From positions 26,970,001 to 27,034,000 of the forward strand of contig OZ249442.1 in the NCBI GenBank assembly GCA_965235115.1: a stretch of DNA of 64,000 nt, written 5' to 3'. Source of the DNA: Laetmonice hystrix (lineage: Eukaryota). The translations under genes and the position numbers were made by a program. The notes beneath the pieces were generated by a model. The model was not told the origin of the DNA. It saw only the letters and a program-made list of their open reading frames with translations, and made no database searches. Below, piece after piece: positions 24,534 through 37,824 of this stretch; positions within the stretch are counted from its first letter, which is position 1; every line of letters starts with the position of its first letter.

Positions 24534-27473
24534 TAATTAAATTTCAAGGCGACACTTTGACACGACGATGGATGATATGAGGGGACACTTGACTACATAT
24601 TGGCCCAAATCGTCATAGCTATGATAGAATGTTCGAGAAACAACCGAGGGCACCGACCGCTCTGAGCACTTAATCATGTACTGGCTCCTCTTTCACAGTA
24701 TGTCAATATATAGTTAGGTTATCAATCTACAACTGGCGTGTAATGATTACGTAAGATCATAAGTGTAAGCATGATAGATATCAGCTCGCTAACCTCTTGT
24801 ATCAAGCCACTCTGAGAAGGACCCTAAGTAATTTATGAACACAATACGCTGAGGATAATGGCCCGCTCCCAAGTCTATTAGGCTAATTAAATGCTAACAC
24901 CGGCCCGTTACGATAGCCATGATCTCATTAGCCATCTGAAATCGTCTATGAATATGCATTGATACATTCTTGTCGCCTCCCATATTATGTATCTCGCTGT
25001 ATCTTTCCCCCCGTCCCCCTCCTACCCTGCCATCATCTTTACATCCACCATCCTTCAATGAGCACCAGTGAGGCATTCATGAAGAGGCGTAGCTCCAGTT
25101 TTAATGCCATGCTTTCAGCGAGATAGACAGACCAAGTAAATCTCGTCATCGTACAACGCTACATTAGGTATACTCGTGGCTATGAATCGGATCGGTTGAA
25201 ATCGTTCTCTGTAATGGACAGTCTGTGACATGGACATTACAAACAATGAGCAAAGTCATTATACACTGCCTGTGTGTGTGGGGGGGGGGCGTGTGTAACT
25301 CTCATCTTCCTAATTACAGTTTAAGGGGGGAATTTCATTGTCGTAATAACCAGCCATGAGTATACAAGGCTATATGAGGCTATATGATGTATATCCGTCG
25401 GTACGTCGTATAATGTTCAGATATTTTACATACGGGTAGTCCTACTATGACTACGGGGAGGTATACAAGCTCTATTGTCTCTAGCGTTCAGGGTTGTGTG
25501 GGGATTGCAATAAAAAAACTAATCTTTTTCTTGAGAGAATCAATACAATATTTATTGCTGGAAGGTGTAATCTTATATAAAGTTGAAACAACTTGAGGAA
25601 CCGTCTCATCCTATGATTTTGACGCCCAGACTGGTAGTACAAAAAGAAAATGATCCGTCCAGTCTGTAAATCTCCACTCAGGACGCTGCTATATTGACTT
25701 AGGTAAACACTTTTTCTCTAAAGTATAGATTTTCTGCTGAGAAGGGGCATTGTGTCTCTAGGAACCGTCCTACTATGTTTGACGGGCCGGCAATCTTGCC
25801 CTCCTCTGAAAGGCAAGGCTCCCAGAGACACGGACTCCCTGGAGCCTTTGCGCTAGCGCGATAACTTATCTGACCAGTGCGGCGCTGAGGGTGACCTTTA
25901 AAGGTTAATGACTTCCTGCCTTAGATACGCACGCGTTTTGACGTCGCGTCAAACTCCATGTGACGGAATGTAGTCGGAGGAACGGCAGGTACAGGGAAAA
26001 AATCGGAAACCTCAGTAACCCAAGGATCATCTAGCGATGAGAAAGAACATTGTGCACTATTAAGTGCTAAGTGCATGAGTGGCTCTACGAACCGCTGAGA
26101 TTTGTTGTCGCGGACGGAAGATCCAGTAAATATAAAACAACTCTTATAAAGGGAAGCTGAAATTTCACTTGCAGCAAATATTTATACAAGGCCAATGAGA
26201 TTCTGCTAGTGACGACAGCTCTTCATCGCACTTGTCACTTGTTACTCAGGCATTTACTGTTCATTGCGTGCCTGTTCCTAACTGTCGATGTTCTATATCA
26301 ATATGTTCTGGCTTTCCTCCTGTCATCCCATTTACAAGGTTTGAAGGACATAATTTAGTAGAATAAACTGAGGTGGGTCATGTACTTTAGCAGATATCGG
26401 AATTTTGAAATTATGAATACGTTAAACCATACACTCGATCAGATCATGTTTGTGATAGCTAACGTATGATATGCATACGAAGTAAGTATAATGGACTCAT
26501 GATGTCTCCATAAAACCTCATTATATTAGGATTGAAATGCTGGGGAGTGGTATCCCGTGAGTGTTATGATATTGCAGCAGTTCGGGAAACTCTCCAAACA
26601 CCTGGTGGTGGAGGAAGATAAACAGTGCCGGTTGATAACCGGTTTCCCCCTCCGCGTGTGGAGAGCGACACAGTGGTCGACGATAACACAGCGGGAAATG
26701 GCTGTGAAAGGTGATTCGTTCAAATATAACTCCACGCTGTTCTTTGCTCCCGGAGAACTGGAGGGGGGGGGGGGTCTCCTCCCCGACATTTGTTCTATGA
26801 TTCAATGGTTGTCTCTGCCACGCCGGATAATTGAAAAAGATATCAGGCTCCCCTTTGGTATAGCCATAGTAGGAGCAAAAAAACACACCACAGGATCAAT
26901 AGAATACACGCAAGGGTCGTACAACCACTGTTCAAGCAACACTAACTCTCAACTGTGATGTATTCGTTTTTCGATTCTTCGGACGTCATCTCACAGCGGG
27001 ATACGGGGAAATGAAGCTGGCACTGCTGCAAGCTGACAGGGTGCCAATTGTTTTTGTGGGGTGGACGTCGGGCAGTAGCGATTGGAGTACGCATGGCGGG
27101 CCTTTGATGGCACCTCTGTTGTCCACAGATCCATGCAGGTATCAGATTTTTGGAAGGCCCTAATCCAGATGGTGTATGCAGAGGTGGGATTCGAGCGAAG
27201 AAAATAATAAAACAAGAAATTTTACGTTTTCATTTCTGCCTAGCCTTATGATCAACAAATTCCTATCCCTTTATGACGAAGGGAATGATATGTATTTTGT
27301 ATGTTACATCGTGCAGTTTATATTATTACGAATTTGCAGTATTTATTTTTATGGGTCGAGACCAAATAATAACATGTCAAGCCATGGTGGTTAATACTGT
27401 ATCCATAACTTTTTTTTATAAATGAAAAAAACTCCCACACTACGTTAGATCACTCCCTTGGAAATGTTCCCAT

Positions 27474-28282
27474 CCACCTATAGCAACCAAACCACAACCT
27501 AGAACGTTAACGTCTCTATGTTTGCGCACGAACGCCCGTCTCGTGACACTTTGGTTGCCATGGTGATAGACGTAATGACGGCGGGAACGAAGCAGACGAC
27601 ATTTTGGTGGAACAAAAACACCGATAGAGGTTCGGTATCTATGACAACATGCACGCTTCAGAGACTGGGGATAAAGAGAGCAGGCGGCTTGTCCTATCGG
27701 TACACGTCCAGGGACAGATAAAGATGGGAAACAATAACATAACAGAGTCGTTATCAGTCGGGCAATCATTTCTTACGATAATACACGACTCAGAATTGCA
27801 TGCTATTTTTGACAGGTTTATATCCAATGCATGTGATAAAAATGGGAGAAAGGATAATATATTATATCGAGTGGGCCGCACTGCATCGTGAATGATGGCT
27901 ATTTATTTGAAATTATGGTTCCAGGGCAGTTCGTTAACATGACAATGTTGAAATAAATACAGAATGACAAATGGGATCCTGGTTCCATCCATTATGCGGA
28001 ACTATGAGTCACGAGTTCATATTACATTCGTTCAATTTGCGCAGGCCACCTTGAGTTTTCCCAGAAGCACATCTGCCTTTTGTATATGGGCTTGTAAATC
28101 TGCATATAAATGGTTCCGGTTTTCTACAATCTAAGTGAGCAGGGACAATAACATAATATAATCGCTGAAGAAGGTTGTATGAAGAACCTCTTCACGACAC
28201 TGATTAGGAGATCAGCGAGAACTACGGCAGGCATCACACCAAACTTGTCTGATAGGTGAATAGTTCTTGTTGCCATGGTATC
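27474..28282. promoter_or_regulatory. Cluster of RFX X-box motifs
   Basis: GTATCTATGACAAC (27635-27648, full GTHNYYATRRNAAC match), GTTGCCATGGTGAT (27554-27567), GTTGCCATGGTATC (28269-28282), half-site CTATAGCAAC (27478-27487). Confidence 0.4.
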
Positions 28283-28502
28283 AGCGTAGTCAGGCGAGAA
28301 GGTGAAGGTCAATCAATCAAGTTTATAACAAGAAACTCTCTGGTGATAGCGGATGTAAAGTTACTGCCTGCATCCGGTGCATCATGGTCAACATATTTTA
28401 GAAATCGCTGAGTTGAAAACCTCTTCTGTACGAAAGATGCTACCCCCCCCCCCCCCCCCCGATACGGAGGTAGACCCATAGGACGTCCACGCCTACCTCA
28501 TC

Positions 28503-30292
28503 TGTACCCTGTGTACCACAGGGCACAGATTAGATAAATGTACATTAATGTATTAATACGATGGGGACATGGTGGGGAATGTGTACCCTGTGTACCGTAA
28601 GGCACAGATTACATTAATGTATTAATACGATGGGGACATGGTGAGGAATGTGTACCCTGTGTACCGTAAGGCACAGATTACATTAATGTATTAATACGAT
28701 GGGGACATGGTGGGGAATGTGTACCCTGTGTACCGCAGGGCACAGATTAGACACATTAATGTATTAATACGATGGGGACATGGTGGGGAATGTGTACCCT
28801 GTGTACCGTAAGGCACAGATTATATTAATGTATTAATACGATGGGGACATGGTGGGGAATGTGTACCCTGTGTACCGCAGGGCACAGATTACATTAATGT
28901 ATTAATACGATGGGAACATGGTGGGGAATGTGTACCCTGTGTACCGCAGGGCACAGATTAGACACATTAATGTATTAATACGATGGGGACATGGTGAGGA
29001 ATGTGTACCCTGTGTACCGCAGGGCACAGATTACATTAATGTATTAATACGATGGGGACATGGTGGGGAATGTGTGGCCTGTGTACCGCAGGGCACAGAT
29101 TAGACACATTAATGTATTAATACGATGGGGACATGGTAGGGAATGTGTACCCTGTGTACCGCAGGGCACAGATTAGACACATTAATGTATTAATACGATG
29201 GGGACATGGTAGGGAATGTGTAGCCTGTGTACCGCAGGGCACAGATTACATTAATGTATTAATACGATGGGGACATGGTGGGGAATGTGTACCCTGTGTA
29301 CCGCAGGGCACAGATTACATTAATGTATTAATACGATGGGGACATGGTGGGGAATGTGTACCCTGTGTACCGCAGGGCACAGATTAGACACATTAATGTA
29401 TTAATACGATGGGGACATGGTGGGGAATGTGTACCCTGTGTACCGCAGGGCACAGATTACATTAATGTATTAATACGATGGGGACATGGTGGGGAATGTG
29501 TGGCCTGTGTACCGCAGGGCACAGATTAGACACATTAATGTATTAATACGATGGGGACATGGTGGGGAATGTGTACCCTGTGTACCGCAGGGCACAGATT
29601 AGACACATTAATGTATTAATACGATGGGGACATGGTAGGGAATGTGTACCCTGTGTACCGCAGGGCACAGATTACATTAATGTATTAATACGATGGGGAC
29701 ATGGTGAGGAATGTGTACCCTGTGTACCGCAGGGCACAGATTAGACACATTAATGTATTAATACGATGGGGACATGGTGAGGAATGTGTACCCTGTGTAC
29801 CGCAGGGCACAGATTAGACACATTAATGTATTAATACGATGGGGACATGGTGGGGAATGTGTACCCTGTGTACCGCAGGGCACAGATTAGACACATTAAT
29901 GTATTAATACGATGGGGACATGGTGAGGAATGTGTACCCTGTGTACCGCAGGGCACAGATTAGACACATTAATGTATTAATACGATGGGGACATGGTGGG
30001 GAATGTGTACCCTGTGTACCGCAGGGCACAGATTACATTAATGTATTAATACGATGGGGACATGGTGAGGAGTGTGTACCCTGTGTACCGCAGGGCACAG
30101 ATTAGACACATTAATGTATTAATACGATGGGGACATGGTGGGGAATGTGTACCCTGTGTACCGCAGGGCACAGATTAGACACATTAATGTATTAATACGA
30201 TGGGGACATGGTGGGGAATGTGTACCCTGTGTACCACAGGGCACAGATTACATTAATGTATTAATACGATGGGGACATGGTGAGGAATATGT
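28503..30292. repeat. Minisatellite, 69/73-bp units x~25
   Basis: ACATTAATGTATTAATACGATGGGGACATGGTGGGGAATGTGTACCCTGTGTACCGCAGGGCACAGATT(+AGAC). Confidence 0.98.
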
Positions 30293-30796
30293 AGCCCCCC
30301 ACTAGGTGTGGCTCATCTTGTTTCATGTCATGGAGGACTTTCAGTAGATCTAAAGGTTGACATGTGTATGGAGCTCAAGAGAAAACACAAAGAGGAATTT
30401 AGATTCAATGACGTCCACGCTCCATAAGCAAATAAAAATATAACGAGCAAACGTTTGATTTTTCTGAACGAAAGAGACTGCAAGAATAACATGACATATA
30501 TTATTCACGTAACGTCCCATCCATCATCTCGATCTTCCCAGATTATGCAATAATGAATGACATTTTTGCCTCCTAATTGATTGTTAACAAAAATATTCTT
30601 TTATAAAAGTTGAAGACAGTGTATTTATGTGCGGAGCGCAGGCGATGACCATCTTCTATTAGGAAAGTGACATATTCTGTGTTGCATGTTGATATGTCGG
30701 CGATGTAGCTTTATGTCGAGTTATTAGTCTAATTGAGTCATGTCCTAGTTCCATTCCGGTACAAGAGGCCTGTAAAACAACATGAATTGTTCTCCT

Positions 30797-31301
30797 TCTG
30801 AGAGCCTTTGGAACAATAGGAACATTAGGTTATTGTGTATTTGTAGGACTGACAGCTCTGAGGGACTTCGGAACAATAGGAACATTAAGTTATTGTATAT
30901 TTGTAGGACCGGCAGCTCAGAGAGCCTCCGGAACAATAGGAACATTAGGTTATTGTGTTTAATCTTAAGTCTGAGTTTCACTCAAATCTACTCAAAAGAA
31001 CGTTTTTAGCCAATGTGAATCCTCCATTTCCTGAGTTGAGTAGAGTTGAGTGAAACTCAGACTCAGTATTTTCGAGAAACCGAGCCTAGATTATTGTGTA
31101 TTTGTAGGACCGACAGCTCTGAGAGCCTTTGGAACAATAGGAACATTAGGTTATTGTGTATTTGTAGGACCGACAGCTCTGAGAGCCTCCGGAACAATAG
31201 GAACATTAGGTTATTGTGTATTTGTAGGACCGACAGCTCTGAGAGCCTCCGAAACCATAGGAACATTAGGTTATTGTGTATTTGTAGGACCGACAGCTCT
31301 A
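30797..31301. repeat. Minisatellite, 60-bp unit, interrupted by a MITE fragment
   Basis: GAACATTAGGTTATTGTGTATTTGTAGGACCGACAGCTCTGAGAGCCTCCGGAACAATAG; about 3 units before and about 4 after the 30960-31089 insert. Confidence 0.95.
30960..31089. mobile_element. One-ended copy of the 38288 MITE family
   Basis: Right end TTCGAGAAACCGAGCCTAG matches the TIR of 38288-38412 at 17/19; internal inverted GAGTTTCACTCAA/TTGAGTGAAACTC; left TIR missing. Confidence 0.65.
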
Positions 31302-31590
31302 CATAGTTTTGCCTTACTCGTAATGACATTTCATTAGATTTTTATATGTAGTTTCTTGATTCTACCTACGCCAGTCAGTGTTTATCTTTTTGTTGTTTTT
31401 TTACTGACCGGGAAAGCGGGGGGGGGGGGGGGGCTCCGGGATATGTAACAATCAGATTACGAATTACACAGTGATATTGACGTTACGTTACTTCCATTCT
31501 GTGTCGCCGATCGAATCGCAGACTCGCAGTACTCACAGTGATCAGAGATCTCTCTCTTAACGATAGAGAAATCCAACTAATCTGATTTCG

Positions 31591-34251
31591 GTACACTGCA
31601 GTCCATGGTAAACTCAGTGTACATGCCAGTCCATGGTAAACTCAGTGTACACACCAGTCTATGGTAAACTCAGTGTACACACCAGTCCATGGTAAACTCA
31701 GTGTACACACCAGTCTATGGTAAACTCAGTGTACATGCCAGTCCATGGTCAACTCAGTGTACACGTCAGCCCATGGTAAACTCAGTGTACACGTCAGTCC
31801 ATGGTAAACTCAGTGTACATGCCAGTCCATGGTAAACCCAGTGTACACGTCAGTCCATGGTAAACTCAGTGTACACGTCAGTCCATGGTAAACTCAGTGT
31901 ACACGTCAGTCCATGGTAAACTCAGTGTACACGTCAGTCCATGGTAAACTCAGTGTACACGTCAATCAATGGTAAACTCAGTGTACACACCAGTCCATGG
32001 TAGACTCAGTGAACACGTCAGTCCATGGTAAACTCAGTGTACACGTCAGTCCATGGTAAACTCAGTGTACACATCCGACCATGGTAAGCTCAGTGCACAC
32101 GTCAGTCCATGGTAAACTTAGTGTACACGCCAGTCCATGGTAAACTCAGTGTACACGTAAGTCCATGGTAAACTCAGTGTACACATCCGACCATGGTAAG
32201 CTCAGTGCACACGTCAGTCCATGGTAAACTTAGTGTACACGCCAGTCCATGGTAAACTTAGTGTACACGTCAGTCCATGGTAAACTTAGTGTACACGTCA
32301 GTCCATGGTAAACTTAGTGTACACGCCAGTCCATGGTAAACTTAGTGTACACGCCAGTCCATGGTAAACTCAGTGTACACGTCAGTCCATGGTAAACTCA
32401 GTGTACACGTCAGTCCATGGTAAACTTAGTGTACACGCCAGGTCATGGTAAACTCAGTGTACACGCCAGTCCATGGTAAACTCAGTGTACACGTCAGCCC
32501 ATGGTAAACTCAGTGTACACGTCAGCCCATGGTAAACTCAGTGTACACGTCAGTCCATGGTAAACTTAGTGTACACGCCAGGTCATGGTAAACTCAGTGT
32601 ACACGCCAGTCCATGGTAAACTCAGTGTACACGCCAGTCCATGGTAAACTCAGTGTACACGTCAATCAATGGTAAACTCAGTGTACACACCAGTCCATGG
32701 TAGACTCAGTGAACACGTCAGTCCATGGTAAACTCAGTGTACACGTCAGTCCATGGTAAACTCAGTGTACACATCCGACCATGGTAAGCTCAGTGCACAC
32801 GTCAGTCCATGGTAAACTCAGTGTACACGCCAGTCCATGGTAAACTCAGTGTACACGTCAATCAATGGTAAACTCAGTGTACACACCAGTCCATGGTAGA
32901 CTCAGTGAACACGTCAGCCCATGGTAAACTCAGTGTACACGTCAGCCCATGGTAAACTCAGTGTACACGTCAGTCCATGGTAAACTTAGTGTACACGCCA
33001 GTCCATGGTAAACTCAGTGTACACGCCAGTCCATGGTAAACTCAGTGTACACGTCAGTCCATGGTAAACTCAGTGTACACGTCAATCAATGGTAAACTCA
33101 GTGTACACACCAGTCCATGGTAGACTCAGTGAACACGTCAGTCCATGGTAAACTCAGTGTACACGTCAGTCCATGGTAAACTCAGTGTACACATCCGACC
33201 ATGGTAAGCTCAGTGCACACGTCAGTCCATGGTAAACTTAGTGTACACGCCAGTCCATGGTAAACTCAGTGTACACGTCAGTCCATGGTAAACTCAGTGT
33301 ACACATCAGTCCATGGTAAGCTCAGTGTACACGCCAGTCCATGGTAAACTCAGTGTACACATCAGTCCATGGTAAACTCAGTGTACACGTCAGTCCATGG
33401 TAAACTTAGTGTACACGTCAATCAATGGTAAACTCAGTGTACACGCCAGTCCATGGTAAACTCAGTGTACACGCCAGTCCATGGTAAACTCAGTGTACAC
33501 ATCAGTCCATGGTAAACTCAGTGTACACGTCAGTCCATGGTAAACTTAGTGTACACGTCAATCAATGGTAAACTCAGTGTACACGTCAGTCCATGGTAAA
33601 CTTAGTGTACACATCAGTCCATGGTAAACTCAGTGTACACATCAGTCCATGGTAAACTCAGTGCACACGTCAGTCCATGGTAAACTCAGTGTACACGTCA
33701 GTCCATGGTAAACTCAGTGTACACGTCAGTCCATGGTAAACTCAGTGTACACGTCAGTCCATGGTAAACTCAGGGTACACGTCAGTCCATGGTAAACTCA
33801 GTGTACACATCAGTCCATGGTAAACTCAGTGTACACGTCAGTCCATGGTAAACTCAGTGTACACGTCAGTCCATGGTAAACTTAGTGTACACGTCAGTCC
33901 ATGGTAAACTCAGTGTACACATCAGTCCATGGTAAGCTCAGTGTACACATCAGTCCATGGTAAACTCAGTGTACACGTCAGTCCATGGTAAACTCAGTGT
34001 ACACGTCAGTCCATGGTAAACTCAGTGTACACGTCAGTCCATGGTAAGCTCAGTGTACACGTCAGTCCATGGTAAACTCAGTGTACACGTCAGTCCATGG
34101 TAAACTCAGTGTACACGTCAGTCCATGGTAAACTCAGTGTAAACGTCAGTCCATGGTAAACTCAGTGTACACATCAGTCTATGGTAAACTCAGTGTACAC
34201 GTCAGTCCATGGTAAACTCAGTGTACACGTCAGTCCATGGTAAACTCAGTG
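31591..34251. repeat. Minisatellite, 28-bp unit x~95
   Basis: CAGTCCATGGTAAACTCAGTGTACACGT, with recurring variant blocks. Confidence 0.98.
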
Positions 34252-34406
34252 GTGAGATAAATCCCACATTCAATAGAGAATGCTCTGATTTCCATCTTGA
34301 TCATTCGTACCACGTCAACAACCTTGTAGATCTAGTCGCTCTCCAATTTGGGATTTTCTAGAATAAGACACACGTATCTAATTAACTGTGACATAATAGC
34401 TTAATG

Positions 34407-34452
34407 GAAAAGAAAGAAAGAAAGAAAGAAAGAAAGACAACGTAAGAAAGAA
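34407..34452. repeat. (AAAG)n microsatellite
   Basis: Directly visible. Confidence 0.9.
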
Positions 34453-36483
34453 AGGCGCACAGGGAAAAGCCAGCTACATTATCATTTATCCGAGTTCTAT
34501 ATCCATGTAATCGTTGTCCCATCTGAGTGTTTTCCCCAAGACTTTGCCAATTCAATTATTGTGGCAGTACAGCGTTCGGTCACTGCTCGTCCACAGCAGG
34601 CCTGGTGATGGATTAATGCTGGAGAGTAGGTGGCGGGCACTAACAGACGAATGAACTTCACACTCTTGTTGTAAAGGCCCCCAAAGTGGACCAGGTCGAC
34701 GCGTCGGTCCCGAATGAAGTCATTTTGGACGCTGGGAGCCCTAATCCTCTCCATTGACCTTTGCAGCCATGACCTTGACCCGGCGTTCATCAGAACGAGG
34801 CAGCACTCGGAAGATGGCCGAGAGCTCTGGAACCACGACCATCTCAGGAGCGCATCGCATTAAATAAAATCACACAGACGCCAAAGTTGCAATTTTTTAA
34901 AAGAGTACTACGAAAATGCAATTTATCAGGTTATATTTCGTTAAGGAGACTTGCTGTTGTAACTTTGAACGGTGAGTAGCCGTCAATCTGAGACCTAACT
35001 CAGTTAGCTACATGTCGACAGGATCCTCTGTCGGTCTTTCTCCATTAATCTCACCGGGCCCGTAGTCCCATCGAAGTGGACTCGTCAGGGGACAGACGCT
35101 CAGCAAGGCGCCATAGAAACGCTTATTGTCAGTATTTGATGACGCAGATCCCGCTGGTTATCAGAGGAAACGGTCCGGTATGAACAGACAGGAAATGTCC
35201 TGTCACCCGGAATTGATCGCCATTCTTCGCGCCTTTATTCTACGTGTCGTCTGCCTCGCGTTTCGGCAACCTCCTCGACACACCGTCACGTGACCATACA
35301 ATGGTATGACAATTACTTGGAAACTTTCCTAGGATGTCAGGATATAGGCGTTAGAATAAAAAACATGTCGGCATTGGTTGATAAATCGTACACAGGTCTG
35401 ATTATTGGACACAGCCATTGTTCCAGGTCTGTTTCACGAACAGTCCATTGTATTCCGCTTCAATTCATGGCATTTGAAGATATTCAGTAAGAATGCGGTA
35501 ATGTTCCTATAATGTGTTTAATGTACTTGAACATAGCAGCTGTCACACCAGCTGTTCCCCTCAGTTCTATAGCAAGGTCATTATAGATTTTCAAATAGAA
35601 ATCTTCAATCTTCTTATCATAATGCAAATGATTTAATGCATGCTTCCAGTTGCCAAATTTTGTCGCAACATCTACTGGCAAATTACAATTTGTTTTAAAT
35701 ATTTTTTGATATCTTTTTTTTTACTCATACATTTTTGTTGAAATTAGTGTTATGTTTTTGTCAAAATTTCAAGTATGCTGTTTCTGGTTCGTATTATTTT
35801 ATCATACAAAAACACTGGCCTGGTCCCCAGCTCTATATTGACTTCGTATATAGAGCCTGGTGAAGGCCAATCGAAGCAAGCGTTGTGATTGGCCCATCGA
35901 AAACATGGACGCAAACGAGGTATAGTTCCGTACCCTCCGTATTTCTCCAACAAGATACAAATATTTTCGTCAATCCCTTTAAAATACAAGTGTTAAATCT
36001 CCTCGCTTTTCTGGATGTAAACATAGCGTCACCAGCTACGGTCTGCATACGCAGGGGCATGATCACTCTGTTAACGCTGACCAACGGAACGGAAGCGGAA
36101 GTGATTAGCTCCGAGGCGGAAGTGCTTGGAGATAACCACTTCCGTTTTGCAGCTTTCTGTTAGCCATCACCTGGCCTAACATAGCGGATGCGTATGGTAG
36201 GCACAGGGGACCAGGCTAACAAAAACACGCGGGATCTCAAATGGAATGTGACATGGTTAAAAGTTAATTAGACTCTCGCGGCTTTGTCAAGAACACTAAT
36301 AATATTATTATTGAGGGCATGTTGGATACATTTGACCATGCAGCCGTCTAGGGTTGTCTTGTAATTATAAGGGGGTTCATTAACGTTGTAATATGGGAGT
36401 TTCACAAAACTAGTTCACTCAAAGCCCACTATGCGCCGCCACTGCTGAAAGCCTACTTCCGCCGACACTGGGACTTCCGGTGT

Positions 36484-36662
36484 CAATTAACATCCAGTAC
36501 GATACACCTCCGCGCGCTTTCCGAGTATACATGATCGTTGGGCTCGATTGGGCTGACATGCTCTACCTCGGTTGCCAGTGAAACAAGTTTCCCTTATTTG
36601 GTCTTCTTGTTGCATGGCAAACCTCTTTCTGCCAAATACTTTCGTAATTCCTTCACTGTCCA
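36484..36662 (-). pseudogene. Decayed SAP-like helix-extended-helix domain fragment, possibly transposon-derived
   Basis: Minus frame WTVKELRKYLAERGLPCNKKTK*GKLVSLATEVEHVSPIEPNDH matches the SAP pattern (TVxELKxxLxxRGL...KxxLV); in-frame TAA at 36594-36596; no start codon in frame. Confidence 0.45.
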
Positions 36663-36717
36663 TGACTCCGGAAGAAGCAGTGACTGCAGACGACTCAGCG
36701 CACATGCGCAGTGACTG

Positions 36718-36731
36718 GTGCCACCTAGTGG
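36718..36731 (-). promoter_or_regulatory. CTCF consensus motif
   Basis: Minus strand CCACTAGGTGGCAC; next to NRF1-like GCGCACATGCGCA and several ETS CGGAAGT motifs at 36090-36480. Confidence 0.45.
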
Positions 36732-37480
36732 CATTTGCGTGAACTAGTTTAGGGAAACCCCGTATTGACGTATTTTTTTCTAATGAGAAGCTTTTGATCA
36801 TTCTGATTGGAAAATGCTACTTTTTAAACATCACATTTAAATAGCCTTTATTAAACGGACATATTACGTGTTCATACAGCCTATACAGGTTTTTCCTGAA
36901 CCACCATGTTTCAACCGTTGCGGTTACAGGCTTGGTTGATATTTACACGTGTATAAATCGCTTCACCCAAACCGCTCCACCCGCTAACGAGCCACTTATT
37001 CCCAACCTCGAGTACTGCCAATCAGACTGGCGCTATTTGATTTGCGCGGATGTGTATTGGTCTTTTTCATTTGTACAACTTAAACCGCGATTGACGCTTC
37101 ATTTCGACTGGAGACCATATCACAGCGAGAAAGAGTGACAAGCACCATCTCCAGCATAATTACCGGCCTAACATGGCTAATCGAAACGTCGATAAATCGA
37201 TGTTTAAACACCAACGGGAATGGAAGGAATTAATTGCATCCGCCGTCAGCCCTCTCGACTCCGCCTCGCGACATCGGCAGCGTCCGACTGGAAAACCTGT
37301 TTGTGTGTGCATGTGGCGACAGAGAAAACAAACGCGTGGGTAAATACGGAAAATAACTCAGAGAAGAGAGCCAAAAGACACAATATGAACGTGGGGCGAG
37401 ATACTATGTTGAATAATAGAATAGAAACCACTATAACATTAATTTTCAAGCTTTTTTTCGGGGGCTATAACATGTATCCC

Positions 37481-37824
37481 GATAGTGTTGTAAGAATATG
37501 AGAAGCCACCATGCTGATAGTGTTGTAAGAATATGATAAGCCACCATCCTGATAGTGTTGTAAGAATATGAGAAGCCACCATGCTGATAGTGTTGTAAGA
37601 ATATGAGAAACCACCATGCTGAGAGTGTTGTAAGAATATGAGAAGCCACCATCCTGATAGTGTTGTAAGAATATGAGAAGCCACCATCCTGATAGTGTTG
37701 TAAGAATATGAGAAGCCACCATGCTTATAGTGTTGTAAGAATATGAGAAGCCACCATCCTGATAGTGTTGTAAGAATATGACAAGCCACCATGCTGAGAG
37801 TGTCAGTAAGAATACGAGAATCCA
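37481..37824. repeat. Minisatellite, 35-bp unit x~10
   Basis: GATAGTGTTGTAAGAATATGAGAAGCCACCAT(G/C)CT. Confidence 0.97.

Noticed and set aside
25765-25860. Three adjacent short hairpins suggesting a structured ncRNA
   Set aside because: Stems are only 5-7 bp and overlap; no box C/D, H/ACA or Pol III signals.
28503-34251. Regular 28-73-bp repeats as possible CRISPR arrays
   Set aside because: Units are contiguous with no unique spacers, no cas genes are present and the context is eukaryotic.
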